DNA of 64,000 nt from an uncultured Verrucomicrobiae bacterium (lineage in GTDB: Bacteria; Verrucomicrobiota; Verrucomicrobiia; Limisphaerales; Palsa-1400), in the NCBI GenBank assembly GCA_963707025.1, contig CAVPOM010000012.1, positions 160,001-224,000 on the forward strand. The letters run 5' to 3'. Of the stretch, positions 30,280 to 39,865 are shown piece by piece. The notes below the pieces were generated by a model. The model had not been told where the DNA came from and searched no databases. It was given only the letters and a program-made list of their open reading frames with translations. The position numbers and the translations under genes are program-made. The stretch's first letter is position 1. Every line of letters starts with the position of its first letter.

Positions 30280-31299
30280 TTAGATGGGTCCGCCTGAGCG
30301 TAGCGCGGTTTCCAGTTGACGAAGGTCCTTGGGCATTTCCGCCGTCCAACTCATCCGCACTCCGGGCTGCTCCGGATGCTCCAGACTGAGAATCTCCGCG
30401 TGCAAGCCTTGCCGCGGGAAATCCAGGGGCGGATGGGCCGGGTCCTGCGCCCGCCAGGCCGGGTTGTAGGTCCGGTCCCCAATCAGAGGCAGGCCCGCGT
30501 GCGCCGCCTGGGCACGGATTTGATGTTTGCGCCCCGTTTCCAGCCGGAGCCGCAATTTGCTGAAAAACTCCTTGCCGCCGGCCCGCGCATATTCCGCGAT
30601 GACTTCATAATGGGTGATGGCTTCGCGGGCCTCGTCTCCGGCCGCCCTGGCCTGCGCCTCGGAAAGGACGCGCTGGCGCAATTCATCCCGGCTTAATTGC
30701 AGCCATTGCCGCCAGGTCCCTTGGGGCGCGCCCGCCCGGCCTTCCACATAAGCCACATATTCCCGCTGCATGGTATGCGCCTTCAATTGCCCGATGAGAT
30801 GATGCCGCGCGGACGGATTGGCGGCGATGCAAAAGACCCCGCTGGTATATTGATCCAGCCGGTGAACCGGCAACAACTGCAGCCGCCGGTAAGCCGGCGG
30901 GAGCGACTTCCCCGCCACCCCGCGCTGTTGGGCCTTGAGTTTGCCCGCCAAAAAATCAGCCAGAATGCTCAACGCAGAAAGCTCGTCTTTGGCCGCGGGC
31001 ACCGAAATCAGTCCCGGTCCCTTGTTGACAACCGCCAGGGCCGAATCCAGGTAAAGGAGCGAAACCCGGGGATGAATCTGCCACCCCGTCCCGCAGGCCA
31101 AAGTGGTGGCATGGCGATCGCGCAAGACCAGAGCTTCCCCCGGCTCAGAGAGAATATGGTGCGGTTTGCGGATGACCAGGCCGTGGACGCTGACGCGCCC
31201 CGCCAAAATCCATTGTTTGGCGCGGCTTCTGGGTGTGTCCGGATACTTCCGCAACAGCCAGTCCAAGAGCGGGCCGTCCTTGTTTTCCGTCGCATTCAC
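30280..31299 (-). CDS. RluA family pseudouridine synthase
   Basis: VHRLDQYTSG, ETGRKHQIR, LHAE. Confidence 0.93.
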   Translation of the reverse strand: MNATENKDGPLLDWLLRKYPDTPRSRAKQWILAGRVSVHGLVIRKPHHILSEPGEALVLRDRHATTLACGTGWQIHPRVSLLYLDSALAVVNKGPGLISVPAAKDELSALSILADFLAGKLKAQQRGVAGKSLPPAYRRLQLLPVHRLDQYTSGVFCIAANPSARHHLIGQLKAHTMQREYVAYVEGRAGAPQGTWRQWLQLSRDELRQRVLSEAQARAAGDEAREAITHYEVIAEYARAGGKEFFSKLRLRLETGRKHQIRAQAAHAGLPLIGDRTYNPAWRAQDPAHPPLDFPRQGLHAEILSLEHPEQPGVRMSWTAEMPKDLRQLETALRSGGPI

Positions 31300-31639
31300 C
31301 GGCAGGGGCGCGGACAGGCCGCGCTTATTTCAAGGCGGACTTCCGGTTGCGCAGCCGGGAGAGGGTGGAGCGGGTGGCCAGGTCCCGGCGGCGGCGCTCT
31401 GCGAGTTGACGGGCGCGCCATTGTTCATTGTGCGAGTCACCCATTTTTGGTCCCGCGATGTTTGCTTCTTTCGGAGGATTCGGCATGCCTGCAAGGTAGC
31501 AGACCCGGTGCCGTCAAGCCAGGGAAGTTATTACGGCTGGCCTGACACCGGGCGCGGGCAGGCTGGTCTTTTTCCTGATCCTGATGGGCTGGCAAATCCA
31601 TCAAGAAAAAGCTTGAAAGAATCCCGGAATCAGCCGAGC

Positions 31640-34480
31640 ATGACTGGCAGATTGCGCTACGGGCCTTGTATTCTTTTCTTGGTGTTGTTGCACGCCGTCA
31701 CAGTGCAAGGGGGAGCAATTCGTAATTTGCCCGGCTTCAGCGCCACCGTTTATGGGCCAAATGATGACGGCACTTATCCCTGCACCGGATTCAACGACGG
31801 CATCCCAACAAACGGCACCCCGGAGGCGGTGCCGATTGGCTTTGATATCAACTTCTATGGCACCACCTTCAGCAGCTTGTACGTCAATAATAACGGGAAT
31901 GTAACGCTGGACCAGGCGCTGGGTGAATATACTCCTTTTGGATTGACCAACACGGCGAGCCAGATCATCGCCCCGTTCTTTGCCGATGTGGATACCCGAG
32001 CCGGCAACACGGTGACTTTCGGCAATGATACGGTGGACGGTCATCCGGCCTTCGGTGTGAACTGGATTGATGTGGGCTATTACGATATGGAGACCGACAA
32101 GCTCGACAGTTTCCAACTCATCCTCATCAGCCGCTCGGACAGAAATCCGGGCGATTTCGACATCGAGTTCAATTACGACCAGATTCAATGGGAGACAGGC
32201 GACGCCAGTGGTGGTGTGGATGGGTTGGGCGGCGATTCCGCCGTGGCGGGCTTTTCCAACGGGAGCGGCCTGCCGGGGACATCTTTTCAATTGCCTGGGT
32301 CAGAAATACCGGGAGAGCTTCTCGACAACAATCCGGGAGGGTTGATCCATTCTGCGCTCAACACGAATTACCCGGGGCGTTACGTCATTCCCATCGTCAA
32401 TCTCACGGATTTGCTTCTCAATGTCAGCCTGGTCAGCCAGGGCGACCCGCGCTGGGCCGGCGACCCCTATGCCAATTCAGCCTTCACCATCCAGCAGCAA
32501 GGATGTGCCCTCTCCTGCCTGGCCATGGCGCTGACTGACGCGGGTGTGCCGACGGATCCTGGAGCCCTCAACACGCTGATGAATAACCATGGCGATTTTG
32601 TCGGAACAGGCGTCAACTGGGACGCGGCCACGCGCGATGCGTCCGGCGACACGCTCGAATTCCACGCCTATCGCACCGCCGACATTCAGTATTTGAGTCA
32701 GATCCTGGCCAAGGGTTACCCGGTGATCGTGGGTGTCAATTTAAACGCCAATGGAGAACCGGGCCATTTTGTCTTGGTGGTGGGAGTGCAAAACGGCCAA
32801 TTCCTGATCAACGATCCCGGACATGCGGATGCGACCACCTTGAGCTACTATAATAACGATTTCGAGAGCCGGGGTTATGTGGGTGATCCGTCCGGCGATG
32901 TGAGCGGATTGGATTTCGCTGCGGGTAATGCCGCCGAGGTATTGGTGGTGGACCCCCTGGGACGGCGGACCGGATACGACCCGGCTTCCGGGACGGTTCT
33001 GGAAGAGATTCCTCAATCTGTTCATTTCGTGGATACCATTGAAAACAATGATCTGACCGGCGCGCCCGGAACAAATGCCGCGCACCTGATTGAAATCTAC
33101 CAGCCGGTGCCGGGGAATTATCAGATCTTCCTCGTGGGCACGAACGCGGGCAACTATCAATTGGCCCTGCGTTCCTTTTCCCAGAGTGGGACGCCGGGAA
33201 CGCCGTTGCTTCTGCAAGGCCCAAAAACGTCAGGCGCCATCATCCCATTCCAAGTCAACTTCGCGGGCGCCAGCGTCACCTTGGAACCCTTCACCAATGA
33301 ATGCCCCTGGTCGGCTTCTCCCACCAACGGCCCGTTGCCCTTGGCCGTGCAATTCACCTCTCCGGACGTTGACAGCGGCGGCAATGCCTTCACCAATTGG
33401 AATTGGCGTTTTGGCGACGGCTCAACCGGCACCGGGCAGAATCCATTATATAGCTACACCACCGCTGGTCTTTTCCATCCCAGCCTCACCGTCATCAACA
33501 ATACCGGCGCCACCTTCGTCAGTTTCGGCCCGTCCATTATTCTTCCCGCCGTCCCGTTCACCGCCGATCCGGACGCCGGCCTGGTTCCCTTGACCGTTCA
33601 ATTCAGCTCTTCGAATATGGACAGCGCGGGCGGCGCCATCACCGGCTGGCAATGGGATTTTGGCGACGGCTCAACCGGCACCGGGCAGAATCCATCGCAT
33701 CTCTATTCCGCTTCAGGCACCTTCTTTCCCAGTCTGAGCGCGACCGATAATAGCGGTTTGGCGGTTTCCGGCGCCGGCCCCTCCATCGAGGTGGTTCCTC
33801 CGACGGCTTCTTCCGGCCTGGTTCTCAATGGCGGCTTCGAAACAGGAGATTTCACCGCCTGGACTCTCTCTGGACCAGACACCTTCGATATGTTTGTTGA
33901 CGACGGTTCTGCAACTGGGATCAGCCCGCACTCTGGAAGCTATCTGGCCGCACTGGGACCCTTCGGTTCACTCAGTTATCTTTCCCAGACGCTGGCCACG
34001 ACCGCGGGAGCGGCCTACTCCCTTTCCTTGTGGCTGAATGACCCGGACGGGTCAATCCCCTCGGAGTTTCTGGTCTCATGGAACGGAAACACCCTCTTTG
34101 ACGAGGTGAATCTTGCGCCAACCCCCGGTTGGTCAAACCTTCAGTTCTTCGTCACGGCGACGGGGACGAGCACGGTTCTCACCTTTGCATCCCGGGATGA
34201 CAATTCCTATCTCGGTCTGGATGACATCAGCGCCATGCCGGCGCAGCCAGGCATTGCCGGGCTCAGCTTGTCCGGGACAAACCTGGTGCTCAACGGCACC
34301 AACGGATTTGCCAACGCGACCTATTATGTGCTGACGAGCACAAACCTGGCGCAGCCATTAAGCCTATGGACGCGGGTGGCGACCAACGTGCCGGACACGA
34401 GCGGGAACTTCAGCATCACCGCCACCAACGCGGTGAATCGGCACGCCCCGCGGCAGTTTTACATTCTCCAATTGCAATAG
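31640..34480 (+). CDS. Secreted multidomain protein: NIDO-like, C39-like peptidase, 2x PKD, CBM-like, C-terminal tail
   Basis: IIAPFFADVDTR; QQGCALSC..GHFVLV..INDP; two W.W.FGDGST; NGGFETGDF; start MTGRLRY. Confidence 0.82.
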   Translation: MTGRLRYGPCILFLVLLHAVTVQGGAIRNLPGFSATVYGPNDDGTYPCTGFNDGIPTNGTPEAVPIGFDINFYGTTFSSLYVNNNGNVTLDQALGEYTPFGLTNTASQIIAPFFADVDTRAGNTVTFGNDTVDGHPAFGVNWIDVGYYDMETDKLDSFQLILISRSDRNPGDFDIEFNYDQIQWETGDASGGVDGLGGDSAVAGFSNGSGLPGTSFQLPGSEIPGELLDNNPGGLIHSALNTNYPGRYVIPIVNLTDLLLNVSLVSQGDPRWAGDPYANSAFTIQQQGCALSCLAMALTDAGVPTDPGALNTLMNNHGDFVGTGVNWDAATRDASGDTLEFHAYRTADIQYLSQILAKGYPVIVGVNLNANGEPGHFVLVVGVQNGQFLINDPGHADATTLSYYNNDFESRGYVGDPSGDVSGLDFAAGNAAEVLVVDPLGRRTGYDPASGTVLEEIPQSVHFVDTIENNDLTGAPGTNAAHLIEIYQPVPGNYQIFLVGTNAGNYQLALRSFSQSGTPGTPLLLQGPKTSGAIIPFQVNFAGASVTLEPFTNECPWSASPTNGPLPLAVQFTSPDVDSGGNAFTNWNWRFGDGSTGTGQNPLYSYTTAGLFHPSLTVINNTGATFVSFGPSIILPAVPFTADPDAGLVPLTVQFSSSNMDSAGGAITGWQWDFGDGSTGTGQNPSHLYSASGTFFPSLSATDNSGLAVSGAGPSIEVVPPTASSGLVLNGGFETGDFTAWTLSGPDTFDMFVDDGSATGISPHSGSYLAALGPFGSLSYLSQTLATTAGAAYSLSLWLNDPDGSIPSEFLVSWNGNTLFDEVNLAPTPGWSNLQFFVTATGTSTVLTFASRDDNSYLGLDDISAMPAQPGIAGLSLSGTNLVLNGTNGFANATYYVLTSTNLAQPLSLWTRVATNVPDTSGNFSITATNAVNRHAPRQFYILQLQ

Positions 34481-34510
34481 ATGGCAGAGCGCGGCGACAC
34501 GGGGAACAGG

Positions 34511-35086
34511 TTATCTCCCGCGCCACTTGCGCCAACGGGCCGCCGACCAGCCGGCCAGGCCCATGGCCAACAGGCCCAAGGTGGAAGGTTCGGGCACCGC
34601 CGACAGAGCCGGAGCAAAAACCGCACTGCTTTCTCCCGCCACACCTTGATTGAACTCAATCCCGCCGGCGTATGCCACCGATTCCCCAGCCACTCCCGCG
34701 GTCATTTCCGCCGGGGTGGAAGTGCTGTCAAAGGTGAAGGTCGCCGAACTATTTGGCGCCAAGGCGGTCCCGGCGCTTCCCACGTATTGAATGGAATTGC
34801 CGTCCAGGGTGCTGACCCAGCCAAGCGAATTGCCCGCGCTCGTCGGGTCCGAAGGAAGGTTATTGCCGGAGGTCGTCCAGCCATACCACAGACTTTCGAT
34901 GCCAATGTTGCCGGTATTCTGCAGCGTCAGAGTGTAATCATAAGTGCTGCCCACCTGCACATCCGACAGAGTGGCACTGGCGCTGATCGTGCCGCCCGGC
35001 GGCAAGGCTTGGAGGTTTGAGGCGGCCAATCCTGCCCCCACCACCAGGGCAAAACGAATTGAGATCAACAGCGGTTTCATATTCAT
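34511..35086 (-). CDS. PEP-CTERM sorting domain protein
   Basis: Signal peptide; VPEPSTLGLLAMG..RWRKWR. Confidence 0.9.
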   Translation of the reverse strand: MNMKPLLISIRFALVVGAGLAASNLQALPPGGTISASATLSDVQVGSTYDYTLTLQNTGNIGIESLWYGWTTSGNNLPSDPTSAGNSLGWVSTLDGNSIQYVGSAGTALAPNSSATFTFDSTSTPAEMTAGVAGESVAYAGGIEFNQGVAGESSAVFAPALSAVPEPSTLGLLAMGLAGWSAARWRKWRGR

Positions 35087-35253
35087 GGCATGTCTGTTTA
35101 AGATTAAATAGGCATTCGGATGACCGACCAGGAAGTCACTCATCCAATGCGTGCGACGAACGGGACGCCAAAATGTTCCACAAAAAAGAGCTTCTGCAAC
35201 TTTTTCGGGAACAATGAGGCCGGCCGCAGTTCTGCCCGGCAGGTGTCTTAATC

Positions 35254-35502
35254 CTAATTCCGCCGGCTGGCCAGGGTCAGGTGGACCTGCTCGGGGCGGC
35301 CGGGCGTGGAGGAGGGCCAGGCCACGGCCCGATCCACCACCCGGCGCATCTGGGTGAACCACCATTGGGCTCTTTGCACACGGCGCTGCCGGGGCCATCC
35401 CCGGCTCCGCCTCCCGGCAATCCCCAGTTCCAGTTGATTTGCTTGCTTCGCTTCGATTTCATTTATGTTGCGCATAGGCATTTTTCCTTTCGTTTTGCGC
35501 AT
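35254..35502 (-). CDS. Small hypothetical protein
   Basis: QLELG..RAQWWFTQMRRVVDRA..RPEQ; start uncertain. Confidence 0.55.
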   Translation of the reverse strand: MRKTKGKMPMRNINEIEAKQANQLELGIAGRRSRGWPRQRRVQRAQWWFTQMRRVVDRAVAWPSSTPGRPEQVHLTLASRRN

Positions 35503-36543
35503 GACTTTACGCCGGGCGGTTGGACAAAGGCTGTCCAACCAAAAAAATCTTTTCTTTTCCTTCTTGGGCCGGTTTTTTGCATTAACGCACAAGTCTTGGA
35601 TTATATGGGAATAGCCCGGAATTGCCCGGAATAGCAGATATATCAAGCACTTACAAATGAAACCCAGCGCACTTTGAAGGGCTTAATTTGTGGCTTTCTC
35701 GAAAGGTGGGCGATAATCGTTGGAATTCAAATGTCCAGAGGGAAAGGCCACGCTTTGAGCGGGTTATGACTTTGGACATTTGAACTCCAAAACTTATGGG
35801 TGAAGGTCTTGGGGGTGGAACCCACAACCCATCTTTAACGATAAAGCCAGACCCCGGCAGAACTTGCCCATTGCGTTTTTGAGGGTGTTTCGCCTGGCGC
35901 AACCCGCCTTTGACCTGCCCGCAAACCAGCCCGATCCGGCCGCCAGGCCGCCGGCGCTGGAAACCGGCCAGGAATGCCTCATGCAAAGCCCCTGCAAGCC
36001 TCTTGCCGGCGCGGTCCTGGACGCCCGAAAGCCCCGCCTGGCCCGATCCCGGCCGCCGCCCCTGGCCGATGTCAGGAACGGCCATCCCCGCGCTGTCAAA
36101 ACCATTTCGCTATACTTTGCAGCCGCGCCCAAAGAACGCCCGCCCCGGCCCCGCCTGGACGCTGCAAGCGCCCTTCCCGTCGCCGGCCAGGTCCGGCCCG
36201 ATCCGCCCGGCGCGACACCTGGACGCCCTTGCCAGCGCCGCCCGATCCGGCCGCCGCCGCCGCGGCCTGGACGCCACGAAGTCACAATTCAAAATGTCGA
36301 AAAACCCCCATGTCAGCATAGCGGAGGGGGTCCAAAAAACGCGCCACAATCAATCCTGGCGACAAATCCACTGTCAAGAATGGCGCAAAGCAGGAAACGG
36401 CCACAAAGAGCAAACCAACGGAACGCGCAATAGATCCGCCGGCCGGACGCCGCCGCCGGCCAGGACCACGCCCGCGCCAGGCCGCAAAAAAAGCGAGCGG
36501 AGAAAAGGTCCGCTCGCTCGCTCGCTCCCCGCCGCTGCCCGCC

Positions 36544-36888
36544 TCAATTCTTTTCAGAGCAACACACCCCGAAATACAGACAGGCCCTCCGTATCTCTTG
36601 GCGCTGCCGCCCGATCTCCCGCCTCCGCGCTCTCGACAGCTTTTCCGCCTCACGAATTCCAATGCCGCACTCCCTCTGGAATTCCTCTTCATGCTCGCGG
36701 TAAAATTGCCTCACCGCCGCCGAAAGAAAGCCCCGGAATTCAAACCCCATGCAATCCGCCAGCGCGCGCAGTCTCTTGGCTTCCCAGTCCCCAATGTTGA
36801 CGCGAAGCCAGTTCAACCTTTGCCGGCCCTGGCCCTTCGCCGGCTTCGTTGCCAGGCTGGCCGCCGTCAAAGCAAACCGCGCATTCAC
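36544..36888 (-). CDS. Hypothetical, possible ribbon-helix-helix protein
   Basis: LRVNIGDWEAKRLRALADCMG..FLSAAV pattern; GTGA overlap with upstream gene. Confidence 0.55.
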   Translation of the reverse strand: MNARFALTAASLATKPAKGQGRQRLNWLRVNIGDWEAKRLRALADCMGFEFRGFLSAAVRQFYREHEEEFQRECGIGIREAEKLSRARRREIGRQRQEIRRACLYFGVCCSEKN

Positions 36889-37340
36889 CGCGCACCGCCT
36901 TTCCCCGTGGCCATGTCGGCCGCCCGCTCAATCGCCGGCAGAAAGTAATGCAGCGCCCGATCCATGAACTGTTCACGGCTCAAGCCTTCCCTCTGCCGCG
37001 CCGAATCCATCGCCGCAAGCAGCCAGTTTGGGAATGAAACCCAAATCGTCCTGAGTTGTGGCGCTTCCCGCAGCCCCATCATGCAATCCAGTTTTTCTTG
37101 GGCGGCCACCATGACAAATTCTTCCCGGCTCATCCCTTCCGCCGCCGCCGCCGCGTCAATCAGCGGGACAATGGCCCCAGGGAAGAAAATGCGGACCGTC
37201 CTGAGCTTTTCCTTTTTGCCTGGACCCAGCCACGCCACCGGCGCGCGCGCGGCCCCCGGCCCGGACGCCGGCGCATTTTGCGATTGTGAACGGCGCGCCG
37301 CCCGCTTATCCTTTGTCTGACCTGAATTTTTCGTTTTCAT
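36885..37340 (-). CDS. Tandem RHH/CopG-like regulator
   Basis: Two copies of LRT...FP......D.A...EG.SRE.F. Confidence 0.7.
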   Translation of the reverse strand: MKTKNSGQTKDKRAARRSQSQNAPASGPGAARAPVAWLGPGKKEKLRTVRIFFPGAIVPLIDAAAAAEGMSREEFVMVAAQEKLDCMMGLREAPQLRTIWVSFPNWLLAAMDSARQREGLSREQFMDRALHYFLPAIERAADMATGKGGAR

Positions 37341-37433
37341 AATTTTGGAATGAGATTTTCTGGTTTTGCCCCGGCGGTGGTGACTCACCGCCAGGGGCGT
37401 TTTGTTTGTTGACGCTCCGCCGCCTCGTTGAGA

Positions 37434-37685
37434 TCAACGGGTGAGAAGGGCCAGAAATTTCTCGGCGATTTCAAACTCCGTCACCGGCATTTGCTCACCG
37501 TCCGCCAGCTTCAAGAATTCCCGACGGCTCAAACCTTCCTTTTTGCAAACTGAATCCATCCCCGCAACAATCGCCTTCGCCACATCGAACAATCCCGTCT
37601 TGCCCTTCGGCTCGCTCACCGGCGTTTGTGCTTGCGCCTTGCCCGGCGCGGGTTTATTTTGCCCCTGACTTGACTTGTTTTTCAT
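37434..37685 (-). CDS. Small RHH-like protein
   Basis: MDSVCKKEGLSRREF matches the repeat in the next gene. Confidence 0.6.
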   Translation of the reverse strand: MKNKSSQGQNKPAPGKAQAQTPVSEPKGKTGLFDVAKAIVAGMDSVCKKEGLSRREFLKLADGEQMPVTEFEIAEKFLALLTR

Positions 37686-38592
37686 GGTGTTCTTTCGGTA
37701 ATCGGGTCTTGCCCTTGGCGATGCTTGCCGCGCCGCCAGGGGTGTTTTGTTGCGCTTCTTCCGCCGCGACCCATTCCAGCAAACGAAGGGCGTAATCCCC
37801 CCCCGGTTCTTTGACGCCGCGAACCCATTCGGATACTCGCGCAGGCGAGACTTTCAGGAACGCCGCCAGAGCAGCTTGGTTGCCTCTCTGCGCCGCCGTA
37901 GCCTGAGCCACGCGGGCCAATAAAACCTTCAAAGGAGATTTCACGCCCGGAACAATACCCTTTCGAGAACTATCCGTCAACTCCTTTTTTGCATCCGTCT
38001 CCCGGACCACGGCAAAGCGTTCAATGACAACCCCTGATTCCTCAAGCTCGCGCTCACGAAGCGGAATGACGCAGCGAAGCAATTCGTCAATAAGTAAGGG
38101 CATATTCAGGCGAATTTCCGCGACCTGTTTTTGCATTGCCCAGTCCCCAATGATCTTTTCCGCCAAGGGGTTGGCTTTCCGGTCAGCCAAAACGCGAGCC
38201 AGGTTTTTGAGGCGAGAATGGAGGGCAGACACGAGTTGTATCAATTCATACGTCCCGCTATTGACGTTCTTTTCAATCACGTCTCTAAGCACATAGCTGA
38301 AAGCCAACCGAGTGGGAAGTTCCCCGAAATATTTGGAAAAATCACATTCGACAGGGAATTCCGGTGCGCCCTCTGCCCTCGCCAGCCAAAAAGCATTCAG
38401 ACGGAACTTTTTGGAAATCACCTCAAAAACGCTCCACGGCAAGCGCGCCCGGCCGCCTTCATAACTGGCGAGACGCTCACTGCTCAGGCCAATTTCCAAC
38501 GCGAAGGCCGTCCGGGGAATTTTCCGCGATTCTCGGAAAAAGCGTAGCCTTTGGCCGATCTTAATCTCTTGCTCCGGCAGCTTGTAGATCAC
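37654..38592 (-). CDS. XRE-family repressor with N- and C-terminal HTH domains
   Basis: IGQRLRFFRE..FALEIGLS..LASYEGG and NQAALAAFLKVSPARVSEWVRG.KEP. Confidence 0.8.
   Translation of the reverse strand: MIYKLPEQEIKIGQRLRFFRESRKIPRTAFALEIGLSSERLASYEGGRARLPWSVFEVISKKFRLNAFWLARAEGAPEFPVECDFSKYFGELPTRLAFSYVLRDVIEKNVNSGTYELIQLVSALHSRLKNLARVLADRKANPLAEKIIGDWAMQKQVAEIRLNMPLLIDELLRCVIPLRERELEESGVVIERFAVVRETDAKKELTDSSRKGIVPGVKSPLKVLLARVAQATAAQRGNQAALAAFLKVSPARVSEWVRGVKEPGGDYALRLLEWVAAEEAQQNTPGGAASIAKGKTRLPKEHHEKQVKSGAK
37952..37980 (-). promoter_or_regulatory. Internal sigma70-like promoter inside the repressor gene
   Basis: TTGACG-17nt-TATTGT, 7 nt before an in-frame GTG at 37944. Confidence 0.6.
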
Positions 38593-38640
38593 GACGCCAA
38601 GGATGCCACATGGAGGCCCGAAAATATATTAAATTTAAGC

Positions 38641-38669
38641 TTGCACAGGATTCCAGAATGTTGTAAAGT
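38641..38669 (+). promoter_or_regulatory. Rightward early promoter
   Basis: TTGCAC-17nt-TAAAGT, 9 nt before ATG 38679. Confidence 0.55.
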
Positions 38670-38678
38670 CGCATCCTA

Positions 38679-38894
38679 ATGGCGATTAACAGCCACAAAC
38701 GGGGAAAGAAGTTAGGCGCAAAAGTCCGGTTCCCAGGGATCGGGGCCGATGCCGCCGCGCTCAAACTCAGCGCATCTTACTTATGGCTTTGCCTCACCGG
38801 GCGCCGGGACCGCAAGGACATCGTGGATGCCTACCATGACCTGAAACTCAAGCAAGCCCGGCAACTCCTGGAACAAACCCAAAAAGCAGCATGA
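38679..38894 (+). CDS. Cro/Ner-like small HTH protein
   Basis: IGADAAALKLSASYLWLCLTGRR; divergent from the repressor. Confidence 0.7.
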   Translation: MAINSHKRGKKLGAKVRFPGIGADAAALKLSASYLWLCLTGRRDRKDIVDAYHDLKLKQARQLLEQTQKAA

Positions 38895-39187
38895 ATGCCA
38901 TGAATCCACAGAGACAAACCGCGACCCAAACCCGCATCGAGCAACTTCGCGCAAACCAACCCCGGACCGCCGGCGAAACCATCCATGCCCAGCGCGCGGC
39001 CAGCGGGAACTATGACCGACTTCCTGGCGGCGCGACTGAGTGCAAGCCGACTCTTCCCCCGTCCTCACCCGTCACGCAACCGGGCACGCCCTGCAACCAG
39101 CAGCGAGCCTGGGGCATTCCCCCGGCCCCTGCCAACGTCGCCGACGCCGCACCCGGCCCGGCCATCCGCTCAAAAGGCGGCAAGTAA
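38891..39187 (+). CDS. Hypothetical Pro-rich protein
   Basis: ATGA overlap with the cro-like gene. Confidence 0.45.
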   Translation: MNAMNPQRQTATQTRIEQLRANQPRTAGETIHAQRAASGNYDRLPGGATECKPTLPPSSPVTQPGTPCNQQRAWGIPPAPANVADAAPGPAIRSKGGK

Positions 39188-39224
39188 TCAATCAGCAACC
39201 GTCAACCCCCGAATCCTCAATCCC

Positions 39225-39695
39225 ATGAATACCCTCACCGAAGAATCAACCGTCGCAAACTCCGCAATGGCGAAGTCCCTGGCCGAAACCATGGCCGCCC
39301 AAACTGGCGGGTCGTTTGAAGCCTGCTGGAATTCCGTCCGTGCTGCCCGTCCCGACCTGTTTGGCCTGGAATCCCGCGAAGTCCTGGAAGAGGCGCGAAA
39401 TCGCCAGGCGAACGAACGGCGGGAGAGCCTGGTCATTCGGAACCGCTCTTCCGGCCTACTCGCCGCCAGCATCGGGCGCCAGGACACCCGCACTCTCACC
39501 CAGCGTTTCCACGGCGAGCTAGGATACAATGAGCCGCAAGGCCCGCAAATCGTCAATAGGCTTACTGCTGAAAACAGCGGCGAGGTGGTGGACATGGTGC
39601 AGGATTATCGGCGCCAGCATAACATCGCCACTTTTGCCGACGCATGGGATCGGGCGAAATATGCGCACCCAGAGTGGTTCTTTACAACGGCTTAA
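39225..39695 (+). CDS. Hypothetical with duplicated F..(A/C)W......P..F motif, possibly scaffold-like
   Basis: SFEACWNSVRAARPDLF and TFADAWDRAKYAHPEWF. Confidence 0.6.
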   Translation: MNTLTEESTVANSAMAKSLAETMAAQTGGSFEACWNSVRAARPDLFGLESREVLEEARNRQANERRESLVIRNRSSGLLAASIGRQDTRTLTQRFHGELGYNEPQGPQIVNRLTAENSGEVVDMVQDYRRQHNIATFADAWDRAKYAHPEWFFTTA

Positions 39696-39865
39696 ATCCC
39701 GCTCCCCTCACCGCTGACTACGATGTTTGAGACCCTCACAACCCCGCCGCTGCGCAACGATTGGCCTGCCGGGACTCTTCGACCCCGGCTGGTTTGTAAT
39801 GGCCCGGCGCTCGCCTGCCTGTCGCTCGCGAGCGCCGGAGGGCCATGTTGCCCCGCAATCGGCCC

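Noticed and set aside
31103..31639. N-terminal extension of the NIDO protein
   Set aside because: Overlaps the rluA-family gene on the other strand; a signal peptide follows ATG 31640
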